Source: a virus (lineage: Duplodnaviria > Caudoviricetes). Taken from it: a stretch of DNA of 48,101 bases. The translations under genes and the position numbers were made by a program. Below the pieces are notes generated by a model. It made no database searches. It was not told where the DNA came from and was given only the letters and a program-made list of their open reading frames with translations. The DNA is taken from positions 1-48,101 of the IMG/VR virus record IMGVR_UViG_3300031949_000062. One strand, given 5' to 3'. Below, piece by piece: positions 24,211-34,764 of this stretch; position 1 is the stretch's first letter; each line of letters opens with the position of its first letter.

Positions 24211-25842
24211 ATGGGTGCTGGATATGTACGCCAATCAGCTGCTGATATTGTTACTGGTGCTGTAGTAGAAGCTGCTCCTATTAATGCTGAATTTAATGCT
24301 TTAAGAGACGCAATGGCAGCTACAACGGGTCACTCTCATGATGACACTACAGGTGAAGGCCCTAAGATTGCTTTAACTACTTCTATTAGTGGAGTGTTAC
24401 CAGTTGCTAATGGAGGCTTTGCTGGTATTCATAATGTAGCTGGTACAACGGCTCCTACTGTAAATGAAGATAGTGGTGATGGGTATGTTGTTGGATCACA
24501 TTGGTTAGATACAACTAATGATAAAATTTATATGTGCGTTGATTCGACTTTAACTGCGGCTGTATGGATTCTTGTTGCTACTTCTGCTGGTAATCAACCA
24601 TTAGATACTGATCTTACTGCTATAGCGGCTTTAACTAGCGCTGCTGATAAAGGATTACAATCAACTGGGGCCGGTACATGGGCCTTATATGATCTTACTA
24701 CTTTTGCTAAAACTATTTTAGATGATACTTCAGCTTCTGATGTTAGAACTACTTTAGGTTTAGCTATTGGTACTAATGTACAAGCTTATGATGCTGATCT
24801 TACGGCTATTGCTGCTTTAGCAGTTACCGATGGTAATTTTATTGTTGGTGATGGAGCAACATGGGTTGTTGAAAGCGGAGCAACCGTTAGAACTAGTTTA
24901 GGTTTAACTATTGGTACTAATGTTCAAGCTTATGATGCTGCATTATTATCAATTGCTGCATTAGGTACGGCTGCTGATAAAGGTATATATTTCACTGCTA
25001 TTGATACGGCTGCTGAATTTGATTTAACTGCCGCTGGTAGAGCATTATTAGACGATGCTACTGCTGATGATCAATTAGTTACACTAGGCTTCACAGCTAC
25101 ACTAACTGAATTAAATTATACAGATGGTGTTACTTCTTCTATTCAAACCCAATTAAATTCAAAACAAGCAGCGGATGATACTTTAACGTCTATTGCAGCA
25201 TTAGGTACGGCTGCTGATAAACTAGCTTATACTACTGGTGTTGATACGTGGGCTGAAACCGCAATTACTGCTACTGGTCGATCAATCTTAGATGATCCAA
25301 CAACCTCTGCTGTTAGAGATACGATAGGTGTTCAAGGTCTAGCTGAACTCTGGATTCCGGCATCTCAATTTATTCCACAATTTACAAGTGGATCAGTCGT
25401 TGACGTTGATGAATACAGCGCAAATGTAGTACAAGATACTTTAGCTTTTTCCTCTAGCACCCAATGGTATGCTAATGCACTTATTGCTTTACCAAAAAGA
25501 TACGATCTTGGAACAATTACCTATAAAGCTTTTTGGACTGGGTTTTCAAGTTCTGGTGATGTTGTGTGGGAAATGGATGCCTATGCATTTGGTGATGATG
25601 ATGTATGGGACGGCGCATATGGTACTGCGATAACGTCAACAGATACATTTATAGTGGCTGAGGATTTGCATATTTCACCTGAAAGTGCGGCTTTAACTAT
25701 TGCTGGTACACCGGCTGATGGAGATTTAGTAAGAATTCGAATAAGTCGTAAAGCTGCTGATGCTGGAGATACGTATGCAGCCACTAGTTATCTATTAGGT
25801 GTTAAAATATTTTATACTACCGATCAAGGAAATGATGCCTAA
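24211..25842 (+). CDS. Tail fiber protein
   Basis: N-terminal GYVRQS..INAEFN..GHSHD anchor; LGLxIGTNVQAYDA repeats. Confidence 0.8.
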   Translation: MGAGYVRQSAADIVTGAVVEAAPINAEFNALRDAMAATTGHSHDDTTGEGPKIALTTSISGVLPVANGGFAGIHNVAGTTAPTVNEDSGDGYVVGSHWLDTTNDKIYMCVDSTLTAAVWILVATSAGNQPLDTDLTAIAALTSAADKGLQSTGAGTWALYDLTTFAKTILDDTSASDVRTTLGLAIGTNVQAYDADLTAIAALAVTDGNFIVGDGATWVVESGATVRTSLGLTIGTNVQAYDAALLSIAALGTAADKGIYFTAIDTAAEFDLTAAGRALLDDATADDQLVTLGFTATLTELNYTDGVTSSIQTQLNSKQAADDTLTSIAALGTAADKLAYTTGVDTWAETAITATGRSILDDPTTSAVRDTIGVQGLAELWIPASQFIPQFTSGSVVDVDEYSANVVQDTLAFSSSTQWYANALIALPKRYDLGTITYKAFWTGFSSSGDVVWEMDAYAFGDDDVWDGAYGTAITSTDTFIVAEDLHISPESAALTIAGTPADGDLVRIRISRKAADAGDTYAATSYLLGVKIFYTTDQGNDA

Positions 25843-26648
25843 TGTTAAAACCACATTTATATAGGGCAAACCTGAAAGAAATAATCGATGCTCTTGGCCT
25901 TGGCGACGGGCTTGCATGCTGTTATGATTTTGGGGAGTCTGATTGTTATAGTGGTAGTGGACAGACTGTTACTGATCTAAGCGGTAATGGGTTAACACTA
26001 AATTTAGGTGCAACTAGTGGTGCAGAAGCAAGTGATCCTACATTTAATGGTGTAGCGGGTGCTTTAAGTGAAAATGAATATTTTTCTTTTGACGGTGGGG
26101 ATTATTTCACATTAGCTTCTGCTAATCCAACTGATATTAACGACCTTCATAAAAACAACGCTGACTTAATGTTGTTTGCAATTGATCAAATAGGCGCACT
26201 ATCAACTTCACAAAGAATGTTTGGAACTAATGCTGGGTCTACCTCTAATATAGGCGTTGAATGGGGCTTTGGTGGAACTAATAGTCATATTTTTTCTTGT
26301 ACTAATGGTACTGGATCATATGCACGTGATTCAAGTTCTAGTGGTACTGGAATAGCGGCTACCGGAGTATGGAACCATCATGCTTGGTATGTTGATGAAG
26401 CTGCTAATTCTAGATATGGCATCCGCAATTTTTCTAGTGCATCAGGCGCTAGTTCTTATACAGCTCCCTCTGCTGCTGCTGCCACTTATGCGTTTAATCT
26501 TGGGGCAGATGGTAATGGGCATAAACCATTAACTAATGGTTCAAAACTTGCAATGTTTGCCTTATGGAGCACCGGCAATGGCATAAATAGAAGTAGACTA
26601 CTGTCATTAATAGCAATGACTCGGGCTAGATTTGATATGGAAATATAA
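25842..26648 (+). CDS. Concanavalin A/LamG-like receptor-binding or fiber-associated protein
   Basis: YSGSGQTVTDLSGNG, FSFDGGDY and GVWNHH motifs. Confidence 0.65.
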   Translation: MLKPHLYRANLKEIIDALGLGDGLACCYDFGESDCYSGSGQTVTDLSGNGLTLNLGATSGAEASDPTFNGVAGALSENEYFSFDGGDYFTLASANPTDINDLHKNNADLMLFAIDQIGALSTSQRMFGTNAGSTSNIGVEWGFGGTNSHIFSCTNGTGSYARDSSSSGTGIAATGVWNHHAWYVDEAANSRYGIRNFSSASGASSYTAPSAAAATYAFNLGADGNGHKPLTNGSKLAMFALWSTGNGINRSRLLSLIAMTRARFDMEI

Positions 26649-26653
26649 ATTAA

Positions 26654-28411
26654 ATGGTAGCACAAAGTTTAAGTGGTGATCATGGTGGCAATAGTGATTA
26701 TTATGCGTATGTTAATGGAGTACTAACTTTAATGAGTGGGTCAACTGGGCAACCTTTGACTCCTACTCCTGCACCTACTCCTGCACCTACTCCTGCACCT
26801 ACTCCTGCACCTACTCCTGCACCTACTCCTGCACCTACCACACAGACACCTACACCTACAACTCCACAGGCTTCTCCAACAATGTCAACAGCTACCGCAC
26901 AAGTCGTACCGGGTGTACCACAAGCAGCCTCACAAATTAATGTGGCTGATATAAGTGGTCAATTTGCACTTGAACCTTCGTTACTATTAGCACAAGATGA
27001 TCCTTCAACTCCTGTTAATGAAAGCATGGAACTATCTGATCGTTTACCTGTAACTACTTCATCTGAAATTGCTGCTGGAACAGTTGATCCAAATGCCCCT
27101 AAATATCAAATTGATCCTACTGGTGTACAAGCACAAACTACAAATGCTCCAACATCAACAGCGGCTACTCCTAGTACTGCTAATCAACCTGCTGCTGGTG
27201 TTCAAACTGCTTTAACTGCTGATCAGGTAGCTGCCCAAGAAATGCAAGCTGCACAAGGACAATTATCGACTGGCTCAACAGTTGATCCTAATTCTGTAAC
27301 TGGGCAACTATCAACAGATACACAAACAGCATTAGGTACATATGCAGCACAAAATATCTCTAATATTATTGATACTTCAACTATGGCTGGTAAGCTATTA
27401 GCTCAACAACTCGGTGAAGGAAACTATACTGATTCTAAGGCTACACTTAAGGGCCAGCTAGATATTTTACAATCAGAATTCTTTGACCCTGCTACTGGTG
27501 ACGCTAAAATACCATCGTGGGCCGCTGGAACATATAGAGCCGTAGGGCGTATTGCTGCCTTTAGAGGTATGACTGGGACGGCTGCTGTTACTGCTATGGC
27601 TCAAGCTATGATGGAAGCTTCCGTACCTATTGCCCAACAAGATGCGGCTTTCTTTCAAACCCTAACTGTTGAAAATTTAAATAATAAACAAGAAGCTACA
27701 ATCAATAAAGCTAATGTATTAGCAAAACTTGATCTTCAAAATATTGATAACCGTATGGCTGCTGCTATTAATAATTCTCAAGCCTTCTTGAAGATGGATA
27801 TGGCCAATCTTGATAATGAGCAACAAACTCGTGTTATTAATACTCAAGCACGTATCCAATCAATTCTTGAAGATGCTAAAGCTGAAAATACAAATAGATT
27901 ATTCTTAGCTGAAAGTCAAAATGAAAAGGATATGTTCTATGATAATCTTAGCTCTGCCATTGAACAGTTTAATGCTGCACAATCAAATGCTATGTCCCAA
28001 TTCAATGCTGGTGAAGTTAATGACACTTCTCAATTTAATGCGGAATTAGAAAATGCTAGAGAACAATTCTATACAAATATGCAATTTGCTATCGATACGG
28101 CAAACGCTAAATGGCGACAAGAATTAACTTTAACAGAGAATCAACAACAATTTGAAGCTGCGGCAACAGATGTTAAAAACTTAGTCGGTATTTCAGTTGA
28201 ACAATTAAATCAATTATGGGACCGTGCTGATGCATTACTTGACTATGCATGGAAATCAGCAGATAATACTGCTGATAGAAATAATAAAATAGCTCTTGTT
28301 AAATTGCAAGGTGATATTGCTCTTACACAAGCTGAGCAAGAAGGTTTTGGAAATATCCTAGGCACAATATTAGGTGCTGGTGCATCGGCATTATTTGGAT
28401 GGTTATTTTAA
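26654..28411 (+). CDS. Internal virion (ejection) protein with PTPA linker
   Basis: Gln/Asn/Ala-rich QFNA repeats and a C-terminal Gly-rich hydrophobic helix. Confidence 0.7.
   Translation: MVAQSLSGDHGGNSDYYAYVNGVLTLMSGSTGQPLTPTPAPTPAPTPAPTPAPTPAPTPAPTTQTPTPTTPQASPTMSTATAQVVPGVPQAASQINVADISGQFALEPSLLLAQDDPSTPVNESMELSDRLPVTTSSEIAAGTVDPNAPKYQIDPTGVQAQTTNAPTSTAATPSTANQPAAGVQTALTADQVAAQEMQAAQGQLSTGSTVDPNSVTGQLSTDTQTALGTYAAQNISNIIDTSTMAGKLLAQQLGEGNYTDSKATLKGQLDILQSEFFDPATGDAKIPSWAAGTYRAVGRIAAFRGMTGTAAVTAMAQAMMEASVPIAQQDAAFFQTLTVENLNNKQEATINKANVLAKLDLQNIDNRMAAAINNSQAFLKMDMANLDNEQQTRVINTQARIQSILEDAKAENTNRLFLAESQNEKDMFYDNLSSAIEQFNAAQSNAMSQFNAGEVNDTSQFNAELENAREQFYTNMQFAIDTANAKWRQELTLTENQQQFEAAATDVKNLVGISVEQLNQLWDRADALLDYAWKSADNTADRNNKIALVKLQGDIALTQAEQEGFGNILGTILGAGASALFGWLF
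26762..26838 (+). repeat. 12-bp perfect tandem repeat (6+ units, PTPA)
   Basis: CCTACTCCTGCA x6. Confidence 0.95.
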
Positions 28412-28527
28412 TGATTAATATGATTATGATGATAATAGGCTATACTTTTGTAAGTAGTGTTATAATTGCAGGTATTTTATATGCAATCTTATACTTTTAT
28501 GCAAAATACTTAGGAATGCCTGATTAG
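28411..28527 (+). CDS. Putative 38-aa single-TM microprotein
   Basis: TAATG coupling; hydrophobic. Confidence 0.45.
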   Translation: MINMIMMIIGYTFVSSVIIAGILYAILYFYAKYLGMPD

Positions 28528-28665
28528 CGCTAAAATTTTCTCGCGACGTTGCTCCATACGGGCCAAAGTGGACCTACTTGGTACTACCATAGCCTAGACC
28601 ACTAAACCCGCTGTACGGTCAAATATGGGGCAAATAGACACTATGATGTATTTTACATCAGTCGG

Positions 28666-28711
28666 ATATACGCTAAAACGTATAAACCTCAAATATACGC
28701 TAAAGCGTATT
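28666..28711. promoter_or_regulatory. Two tandem palindromic operator-like boxes
   Basis: ATATACGCTAAAACGTATA and ATATACGCTAAAGCGTATT, 27-bp period. Confidence 0.55.
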
Positions 28712-28746
28712 AAAAACACTTAAATACCGAACTGGAATGGATCATA

Positions 28747-28917
28747 ATGACCTTTGAAGAAGCAATAAAAAAGTCTATTAAGCAGTATTATGAAATGGAT
28801 GATGACAATGAACTAGAAATTAATAAATCTGGTGAGCGTCAATATACCAAAAAATACTTTAAAGATTTTGAAGAAGAAATCTTAGGCGATAGAAAATTTA
28901 AAGAGAGTAAACAATAA
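28747..28917 (+). CDS. Small hypothetical protein (56 aa, not in ORF track)
   Basis: MTFEEAIKKSIKQYY...; stop overlaps the next ATG. Confidence 0.65.
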   Translation: MTFEEAIKKSIKQYYEMDDDNELEINKSGERQYTKKYFKDFEEEILGDRKFKESKQ

Positions 28918-29492
28918 TGCCTATGGATATTAAATCTATGCTGCCAAATCAGGAAGCTGAAATGCCAGAACAAAATGCTGCTCCACGTAATCCTATTGTA
29001 CCAGATGGCCCTATTCCGGGTGAAAATTATACTTCAGATACTCGTAATTATCCTTGGCATAGACCACCTGAAATTACAGATATGGATAAAGCTATTGAAG
29101 CTTCGATTAAACAACTCTCAACAAGAGAGGGAGCTTTTGGATTATTAAACTCTCTACAGGCAGGGATTACAGTTGTACAAGCAACCGATATGTTTGTGAC
29201 TAGTGGAATTGGTTCTGGTAAATGGACTCCAGACTTTGCTATTTTGTTAGCTGGTCCTGTTGCTAAAATGATTGAAATCATGGCTAAGGATGCTGGCATT
29301 ACATTTGCTATGGGATTGGATGATGATCCCCTACCTACGGCTGCATATATAAAGAATAAAACTAGTATTACTAACAAACAGGCTACTAAAGCGGGTACTG
29401 CTCTTAAAGAGGCCGGGCCACAAATTAAAGAGCCAGCAACTAGTAGTACAAACGGTTTTATGAGTAAAAAGACATCTGAAGAAATTATATAA
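28917..29492 (+). CDS. Internal virion protein (putative)
   Basis: PIPGENYT..YPWHRPP and GKWTPD motifs; lies among ejection genes. Confidence 0.65.
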   Translation: MPMDIKSMLPNQEAEMPEQNAAPRNPIVPDGPIPGENYTSDTRNYPWHRPPEITDMDKAIEASIKQLSTREGAFGLLNSLQAGITVVQATDMFVTSGIGSGKWTPDFAILLAGPVAKMIEIMAKDAGITFAMGLDDDPLPTAAYIKNKTSITNKQATKAGTALKEAGPQIKEPATSSTNGFMSKKTSEEII

Positions 29493-29504
29493 AGGAAAAT
29501 AAAA

Positions 29505-29606
29505 ATGGTTGGATTTTTAATCGGACTAGTATTAGGCTTTGTTGTATTCAAGTTTAATCTTGATATGTTAGTATGGAATAAGGTTAAAGAATACCTTAAG
29601 TGGTAA
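29505..29606 (+). CDS. Putative 33-aa single-TM microprotein
   Basis: AAGGA RBS; MVGFLIGLVLGFVVFKF... Confidence 0.5.
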   Translation: MVGFLIGLVLGFVVFKFNLDMLVWNKVKEYLKW

Positions 29607-29621
29607 TATAGGATAATTTAA

Positions 29622-31292
29622 ATGGGTTTTATGGGTGGCCTAGGTTCAGGCTTTAAAGATGCGTTCTTACAAGGACAACAAATTAATGCGCAAAAAAAGG
29701 CTGACATGTTCAGAGTTGCGTATGATTCATATACTCGTAAGAAAACTGCATATGATGAAGCAGAAACGAAATGGAAAAAATCTATTCGTGATGGCGAAGT
29801 TATTGCATCTGAAATGGGTCTTAGTAAAGCTGCTGCTATTAAAGCTGCTGAGTTTCTTCAAGCTGATTATACAGTTGAACAAGTTAGAGAAATTCTACAA
29901 ACAAATAAATTTGTTGAAACTCCTATGCCTGCTGAATCTGCCCAACCTCAAGATGTTTCTGGTATTGATACACAAATGCAAGAGAGTGGTTTAAACGCAG
30001 CTAGTGAGATTAATGATCCATTAATTCAATCTAATACGCCAGCTACTTCTTCTCCACAAAAAGATACAGGACTGCTTGGAGGATTATTTCAAGAAGGCGG
30101 GCTATTTGAAAATGCTGGTAAGCCACCTGAAGAACGTGCTGCTGGTGAAGTTAGAAAAGCTGCGGGTATGTCACAAGAAGAATGGGCTCAAATCAATACA
30201 GGATTCCAACCTCCTCCTCCAAGTGGAATAGTTGGTACACCAAAGGCAAATACAAGTTTCTTGGCTCCTCTTAAAGAGTTCTTCCCTGATATAGAAAAGG
30301 AAGGAATAACTCCTGCAACATACCGTGCTGCTGCTATTGCTGCTTCACAGGCATTAAAGTCTGGTGATCCAGAACTAGTTGCTAAGGGTGAGCTATTCAA
30401 AGCTATGCAACCAGATATTGAATTGTTGATGGCTAAAGAAAAAGCAAGTGATCCTGAATCAACTAAAGCTATGGCACAAGTGTTAAATAACACTCTAACT
30501 GCTAGAACAAAGCTTGCAACTACTCGTGGTGCTACTAAGACTGTTCTAAGTCAAAGTATGCAACTTGATGAAATGGTTCAAAGCGCTGATGTTAATATTC
30601 TAACCTTTACTGCTGGTGGTGCCGTTGGTGCGCTTGATAGTCTAAGACAAGAAGTTGGTGCCGCGCTAGATGTTGCTGGTAAAATCTTTGGTAATGAGGA
30701 ACAAATCGAATCCTCACTTGAAGCCACATTAAATGGATGGTCACAAGGATTGTTACAAGATGGAGTTACACCAGAGATTGCTAGACAATATAGAGAATAC
30801 ACTTCAGAAGTAATTCGTTATACATTCGCTGTTGGTAAAGCAATGGGACAAACAGGACAAGGTTTCTCAAATGCTGAATATAAGAACCTGTTTAACTCTA
30901 TCGTAAGTGCTGGCAATAAGGAAGCTTTCTCTAACAACCTTAAAAGATTCTCAAGAGGATTAGTTACATCAGTAGATGATCAAGTTGAAGCTATCTTAGA
31001 CATTTCTGACGTTGCTATTGTTTTAGATGATCCTAATCTTGGTAAGTACATGAAGCGTGAACTAACACCAATGTCAGAACAAGTTCAAGGTTCACCAGAA
31101 GGTCAATGGATGGAAGCAGAAGGCGAAACACAAAAAGTTGTACCAGATCAAGAAGTTCAATCAACTGAACAAAAAGGTCTAACAATTGGTACACAATATG
31201 AAGATAATGAAAGCGGTATCATATATGAATACCTTGGTGGTGATCCAAATGATCAAAAATCATGGAAACCAATTATGGGATTAAGTAGATAA
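29622..31292 (+). CDS. Internal virion (ejection) protein
   Basis: Helical 556 aa with Gly-rich N-terminus. Confidence 0.7.
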   Translation: MGFMGGLGSGFKDAFLQGQQINAQKKADMFRVAYDSYTRKKTAYDEAETKWKKSIRDGEVIASEMGLSKAAAIKAAEFLQADYTVEQVREILQTNKFVETPMPAESAQPQDVSGIDTQMQESGLNAASEINDPLIQSNTPATSSPQKDTGLLGGLFQEGGLFENAGKPPEERAAGEVRKAAGMSQEEWAQINTGFQPPPPSGIVGTPKANTSFLAPLKEFFPDIEKEGITPATYRAAAIAASQALKSGDPELVAKGELFKAMQPDIELLMAKEKASDPESTKAMAQVLNNTLTARTKLATTRGATKTVLSQSMQLDEMVQSADVNILTFTAGGAVGALDSLRQEVGAALDVAGKIFGNEEQIESSLEATLNGWSQGLLQDGVTPEIARQYREYTSEVIRYTFAVGKAMGQTGQGFSNAEYKNLFNSIVSAGNKEAFSNNLKRFSRGLVTSVDDQVEAILDISDVAIVLDDPNLGKYMKRELTPMSEQVQGSPEGQWMEAEGETQKVVPDQEVQSTEQKGLTIGTQYEDNESGIIYEYLGGDPNDQKSWKPIMGLSR

Positions 31293-34200
31293 TGGCTAAA
31301 CCTTGGGAACAAACCCGTCCTGAAACAAGCCCAATAACTCCTGCTCAACAAACTTCAAAGCCTTGGGAACAGGATTGGGATTCTTTTAACACTAGACCTG
31401 AAGAAGAATTAGGTACTAGTATCAAAGAAACTTTTATGGGTGATGAAGATGATGAAGTATTAGCTCCACCTGAAGAAGAAATTTTCAAACAACCAGATGA
31501 TATTTTCCTTGGTACAGAATACAGTGCAGAAGGATTCACTGATCCTGCCAACCAAGAATTATATGAAGAACAAGGAGAACCTTTAACGGTTTTTGGTATT
31601 CCTCTAGGACGTAAACAAGTTACCGATAAAGGAACAACGAAACAAGAAACCTATATAGTTCCTCCTCCTGTTAAAGACGATGCTACAGGTTCTGTTGTAC
31701 GTACTGTTGGTGGTGGTGCTCTTGAACTAAGTAGAAACGTCCTAGCATTTGGTGAATATCTTCTTGAAAAAGCGGGGCTTGATCATAGTGATGAAGAATA
31801 TATTAATCAAACCTTCCCACGTATGCCTGCTGCAAGCAATACAGAAAAAACAATTCAAGAAATAAGCTCTATTGTTCTTGGTATGGCTGGGGGTTCTGTC
31901 AGTGCTTCAACGTTGTCTAAAGCGTTTAAACTACCAGAAGCGGCGTCCAAGTTTATCTCCACATTCTGGAATAAAGCTAAAAAGATTGATCCAAAACATG
32001 CTCAACAAAAACTAGAGTATGTTATCAGAGCTTTAGTTGCTGAACGTGGTGCTAATATTGGTGCTGCTGTAGGTACTCCACAAGACACTCGGTCACTAGC
32101 TGAAACTTTTGGGTTTATTGATCCTGCTACAGATGAAGGTTCACAACTTATTGCTCACTATCTTGATAATGAAGGTTTCTCTGCTGGTCTAAGATTTCTT
32201 TCAATGATTGGTGGCGGTGCCTCTAATCTTATCAAGAAAACCCTAACAGGTGGTTTTAATCAAGCTAAACAAATACAAGTTACAAAACAAGTTCTTAAAG
32301 CTATTGATCCCGGTATTACAGATGATCTAACTCCTGAACAATTAGCCCAACGTTTAGATATTTTTGGAGAAATACTGAATAAGCATAGTGGCATGGACAC
32401 TCAAATATTAGGACGTAATATTCCTAAGGATGCTGCTATGGCATTTATGTCTGGTGCTAAAGAATACGTAGAACGTGTCTATGGCTTTATGAGAGTTGGT
32501 ATGACACCAGAAGAATTTGCTAAGGAAATGGATAACCGTGCCGCCGCTATGGTTAATAGTCTTCTTACTATTAAGGGAGGTTTAAGAGCGAATCCAATTG
32601 TTGCTGCATCAGATGCGCAATTTCTTGAACAAACTGGTAGAATTTTCGGAGAAGAAGCAGAGAAATTTGCTCCTGCCGATGTAGCCAATAGAGTTGGTCA
32701 AGGCTTTGCTGGTCCTGTTATTCGTCAAGTAGATGAAAGCTTAGGAACAGTTAAACAAGCTGAAAGCAATGTTCTGCAACAACAAGCTGCTCTTGTAGAA
32801 ACACAAGACCGCAATGCGGTTACTACTGCCCTAATGGAAGCCAGACAACAAGGGGCATTAGGTAGTACGGCTTCTGAAAGTGCAGAGCTATCCAAACTAG
32901 CTGAAGAAGAATTATACAGTGCATGGCTAAAAGGTAAGACTACTGTTGATGAAGCCTTTACTCAAATTCCTAATGATACAGTTGACGCTATGGAACTGGC
33001 AACAATCATTAAGCGCGTTGGTGACGAATCCACAGCTCTGGATGATTTTGGCTTTTCTCCATCAGATCGTTCAATACGTAGAGTTGGCGACCCAACAGAA
33101 GAAAGCAACCCTATTGCTGAACTAGCACAAATGCTAGAGGAACGTGGTCGTAATGATATTCACACAATCATTAATAATGTTCGTCCAAGACTAAGCCAAC
33201 GTATTACTGCTGCTCTAGAATCAGGTGATGCAGAAGTTGCTAATCAAGCTGTGGTGCTACGTAATAGTCTAGATGCGCTAATTCAAAAGAATACTAATCC
33301 TGCAATTCAAAGAGCCTATAGTGAATATAAGAAATTTGCTGACACATGGCTTCAAACTCCTCCACTACAAAAGTTCGATGCTGCGGCTAGACAAGTCAAA
33401 GATGTTGGAGAAGGTTATGTTAAAGGTTCAAAAGAAATGCGTGAAGCGGGGCTACAAGCTCTTGCTGCCTCTGAATCTGCTCTATCAGATACGTATCTAA
33501 CTAAGTTTGTTGAGGCACTTAAGTCTGGTGGTGCTGAAGGTATGGATGCTGATCTTGTTCATGCGCTTGTTGGTAAAGCTATTAAAGCTCTAACACTAAC
33601 CGTTAAACCCGGTGAAAGAGCTAGTTCACAACAAATTATCCAAGCTATTCAACCATATATTAAATCAATTGAACGAATTGAAGGAATTAATTCTCCAACA
33701 CTTCAAATGTTTAATCAAACTGTAGAAGCGATTCAAATGGCTGAAAGTGGACTTGGAGACGTAACAAAGGTTCTAGCAGATGCTCAGTTAGCACACAGTC
33801 GTATTGTTTCAGAAGCTGAAAGAAGTGCTGCTGGCAGAATGGTGTTTGATTTAACTGGTAATCCTATGACTAAAGAAGATACAGGTAAAGCATTTAAAGC
33901 CATCTTTGAAGACAAAGATGCCCCTAATGTTATTAAACGTCTAATGGATTCTGCTAATGATATGGGTGATGAAATGGCCCTTAACGGAGTTAAATCTGAG
34001 TTTATTCGTTGGTTGAATGATCGTATCCTAACTCCTTCACAAGTATCGGGTGTCAAAGCTGGTGGTGAAGGCTTCGTTCGTGACCAAAGTCAAAGTGCTT
34101 TATACAAGATTCTTGAAAGTCCTAGTGATAATACCTTAGCAACTATGAAAGAAATCTTTGCTGATGATACTTCATATGGAACTGCTGTTTATGATTTAAT

Positions 34201-34681
34201 GGAAAGAATGTATAACCAACTAGGTTCACGTTCAATGAAAGCTAATCCATTCGGCTCACAAACTGCTGATGCTCAAGCTGTTAAACGAAATATTAATACA
34301 ATGATCGTTCTAGCTCTTGGTGTTCTTAATCCATTAGCTACAAAGGCTAGAAGCCTATCTGGTGCTCTACTAGCTGGACAAGGACAAAAGCAAGCTCAAG
34401 TAATTGAAAACATCATGGCTGAACTAGTAACTAATCCAAAATTCCTTAAAGATTCTCTGGATATGTTAAAGACTGATATTACTGGAGAAACACTTAAAGG
34501 AGTGATAAACAGAATTGGTTCTGGTACTGGTGTTCAACTATCGCGTGGGCTTATTGGTTCATCAAGACCAACAACACAAACAGATGAAGAAGGAAATCCA
34601 GTTAAAGGAACTATCGTTGGTAACTCTGTTTGGGACGGAACAAAATGGGTAAAGAAAAGTAATAAAGGATTTATGGAATAA
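31292..34681 (+). CDS. Large internal virion (ejection) protein
   Basis: 1129 aa, helical, last structural gene before lysis. Confidence 0.72.
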   Translation: MAKPWEQTRPETSPITPAQQTSKPWEQDWDSFNTRPEEELGTSIKETFMGDEDDEVLAPPEEEIFKQPDDIFLGTEYSAEGFTDPANQELYEEQGEPLTVFGIPLGRKQVTDKGTTKQETYIVPPPVKDDATGSVVRTVGGGALELSRNVLAFGEYLLEKAGLDHSDEEYINQTFPRMPAASNTEKTIQEISSIVLGMAGGSVSASTLSKAFKLPEAASKFISTFWNKAKKIDPKHAQQKLEYVIRALVAERGANIGAAVGTPQDTRSLAETFGFIDPATDEGSQLIAHYLDNEGFSAGLRFLSMIGGGASNLIKKTLTGGFNQAKQIQVTKQVLKAIDPGITDDLTPEQLAQRLDIFGEILNKHSGMDTQILGRNIPKDAAMAFMSGAKEYVERVYGFMRVGMTPEEFAKEMDNRAAAMVNSLLTIKGGLRANPIVAASDAQFLEQTGRIFGEEAEKFAPADVANRVGQGFAGPVIRQVDESLGTVKQAESNVLQQQAALVETQDRNAVTTALMEARQQGALGSTASESAELSKLAEEELYSAWLKGKTTVDEAFTQIPNDTVDAMELATIIKRVGDESTALDDFGFSPSDRSIRRVGDPTEESNPIAELAQMLEERGRNDIHTIINNVRPRLSQRITAALESGDAEVANQAVVLRNSLDALIQKNTNPAIQRAYSEYKKFADTWLQTPPLQKFDAAARQVKDVGEGYVKGSKEMREAGLQALAASESALSDTYLTKFVEALKSGGAEGMDADLVHALVGKAIKALTLTVKPGERASSQQIIQAIQPYIKSIERIEGINSPTLQMFNQTVEAIQMAESGLGDVTKVLADAQLAHSRIVSEAERSAAGRMVFDLTGNPMTKEDTGKAFKAIFEDKDAPNVIKRLMDSANDMGDEMALNGVKSEFIRWLNDRILTPSQVSGVKAGGEGFVRDQSQSALYKILESPSDNTLATMKEIFADDTSYGTAVYDLMERMYNQLGSRSMKANPFGSQTADAQAVKRNINTMIVLALGVLNPLATKARSLSGALLAGQGQKQAQVIENIMAELVTNPKFLKDSLDMLKTDITGETLKGVINRIGSGTGVQLSRGLIGSSRPTTQTDEEGNPVKGTIVGNSVWDGTKWVKKSNKGFME

Positions 34682-34684
34682 TGT

Positions 34685-34712
34685 TTGACAAACAAACCGC
34701 TAAAATTATAGT
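34685..34712 (+). promoter_or_regulatory. Putative promoter for lysis genes
   Basis: TTGACA-16 bp-TATAGT. Confidence 0.55.
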
Positions 34713-34764
34713 AGAAAATGCAGAAGAATATGGGTGGATTCATTATTAGAAAAGGTAAGAAGTA

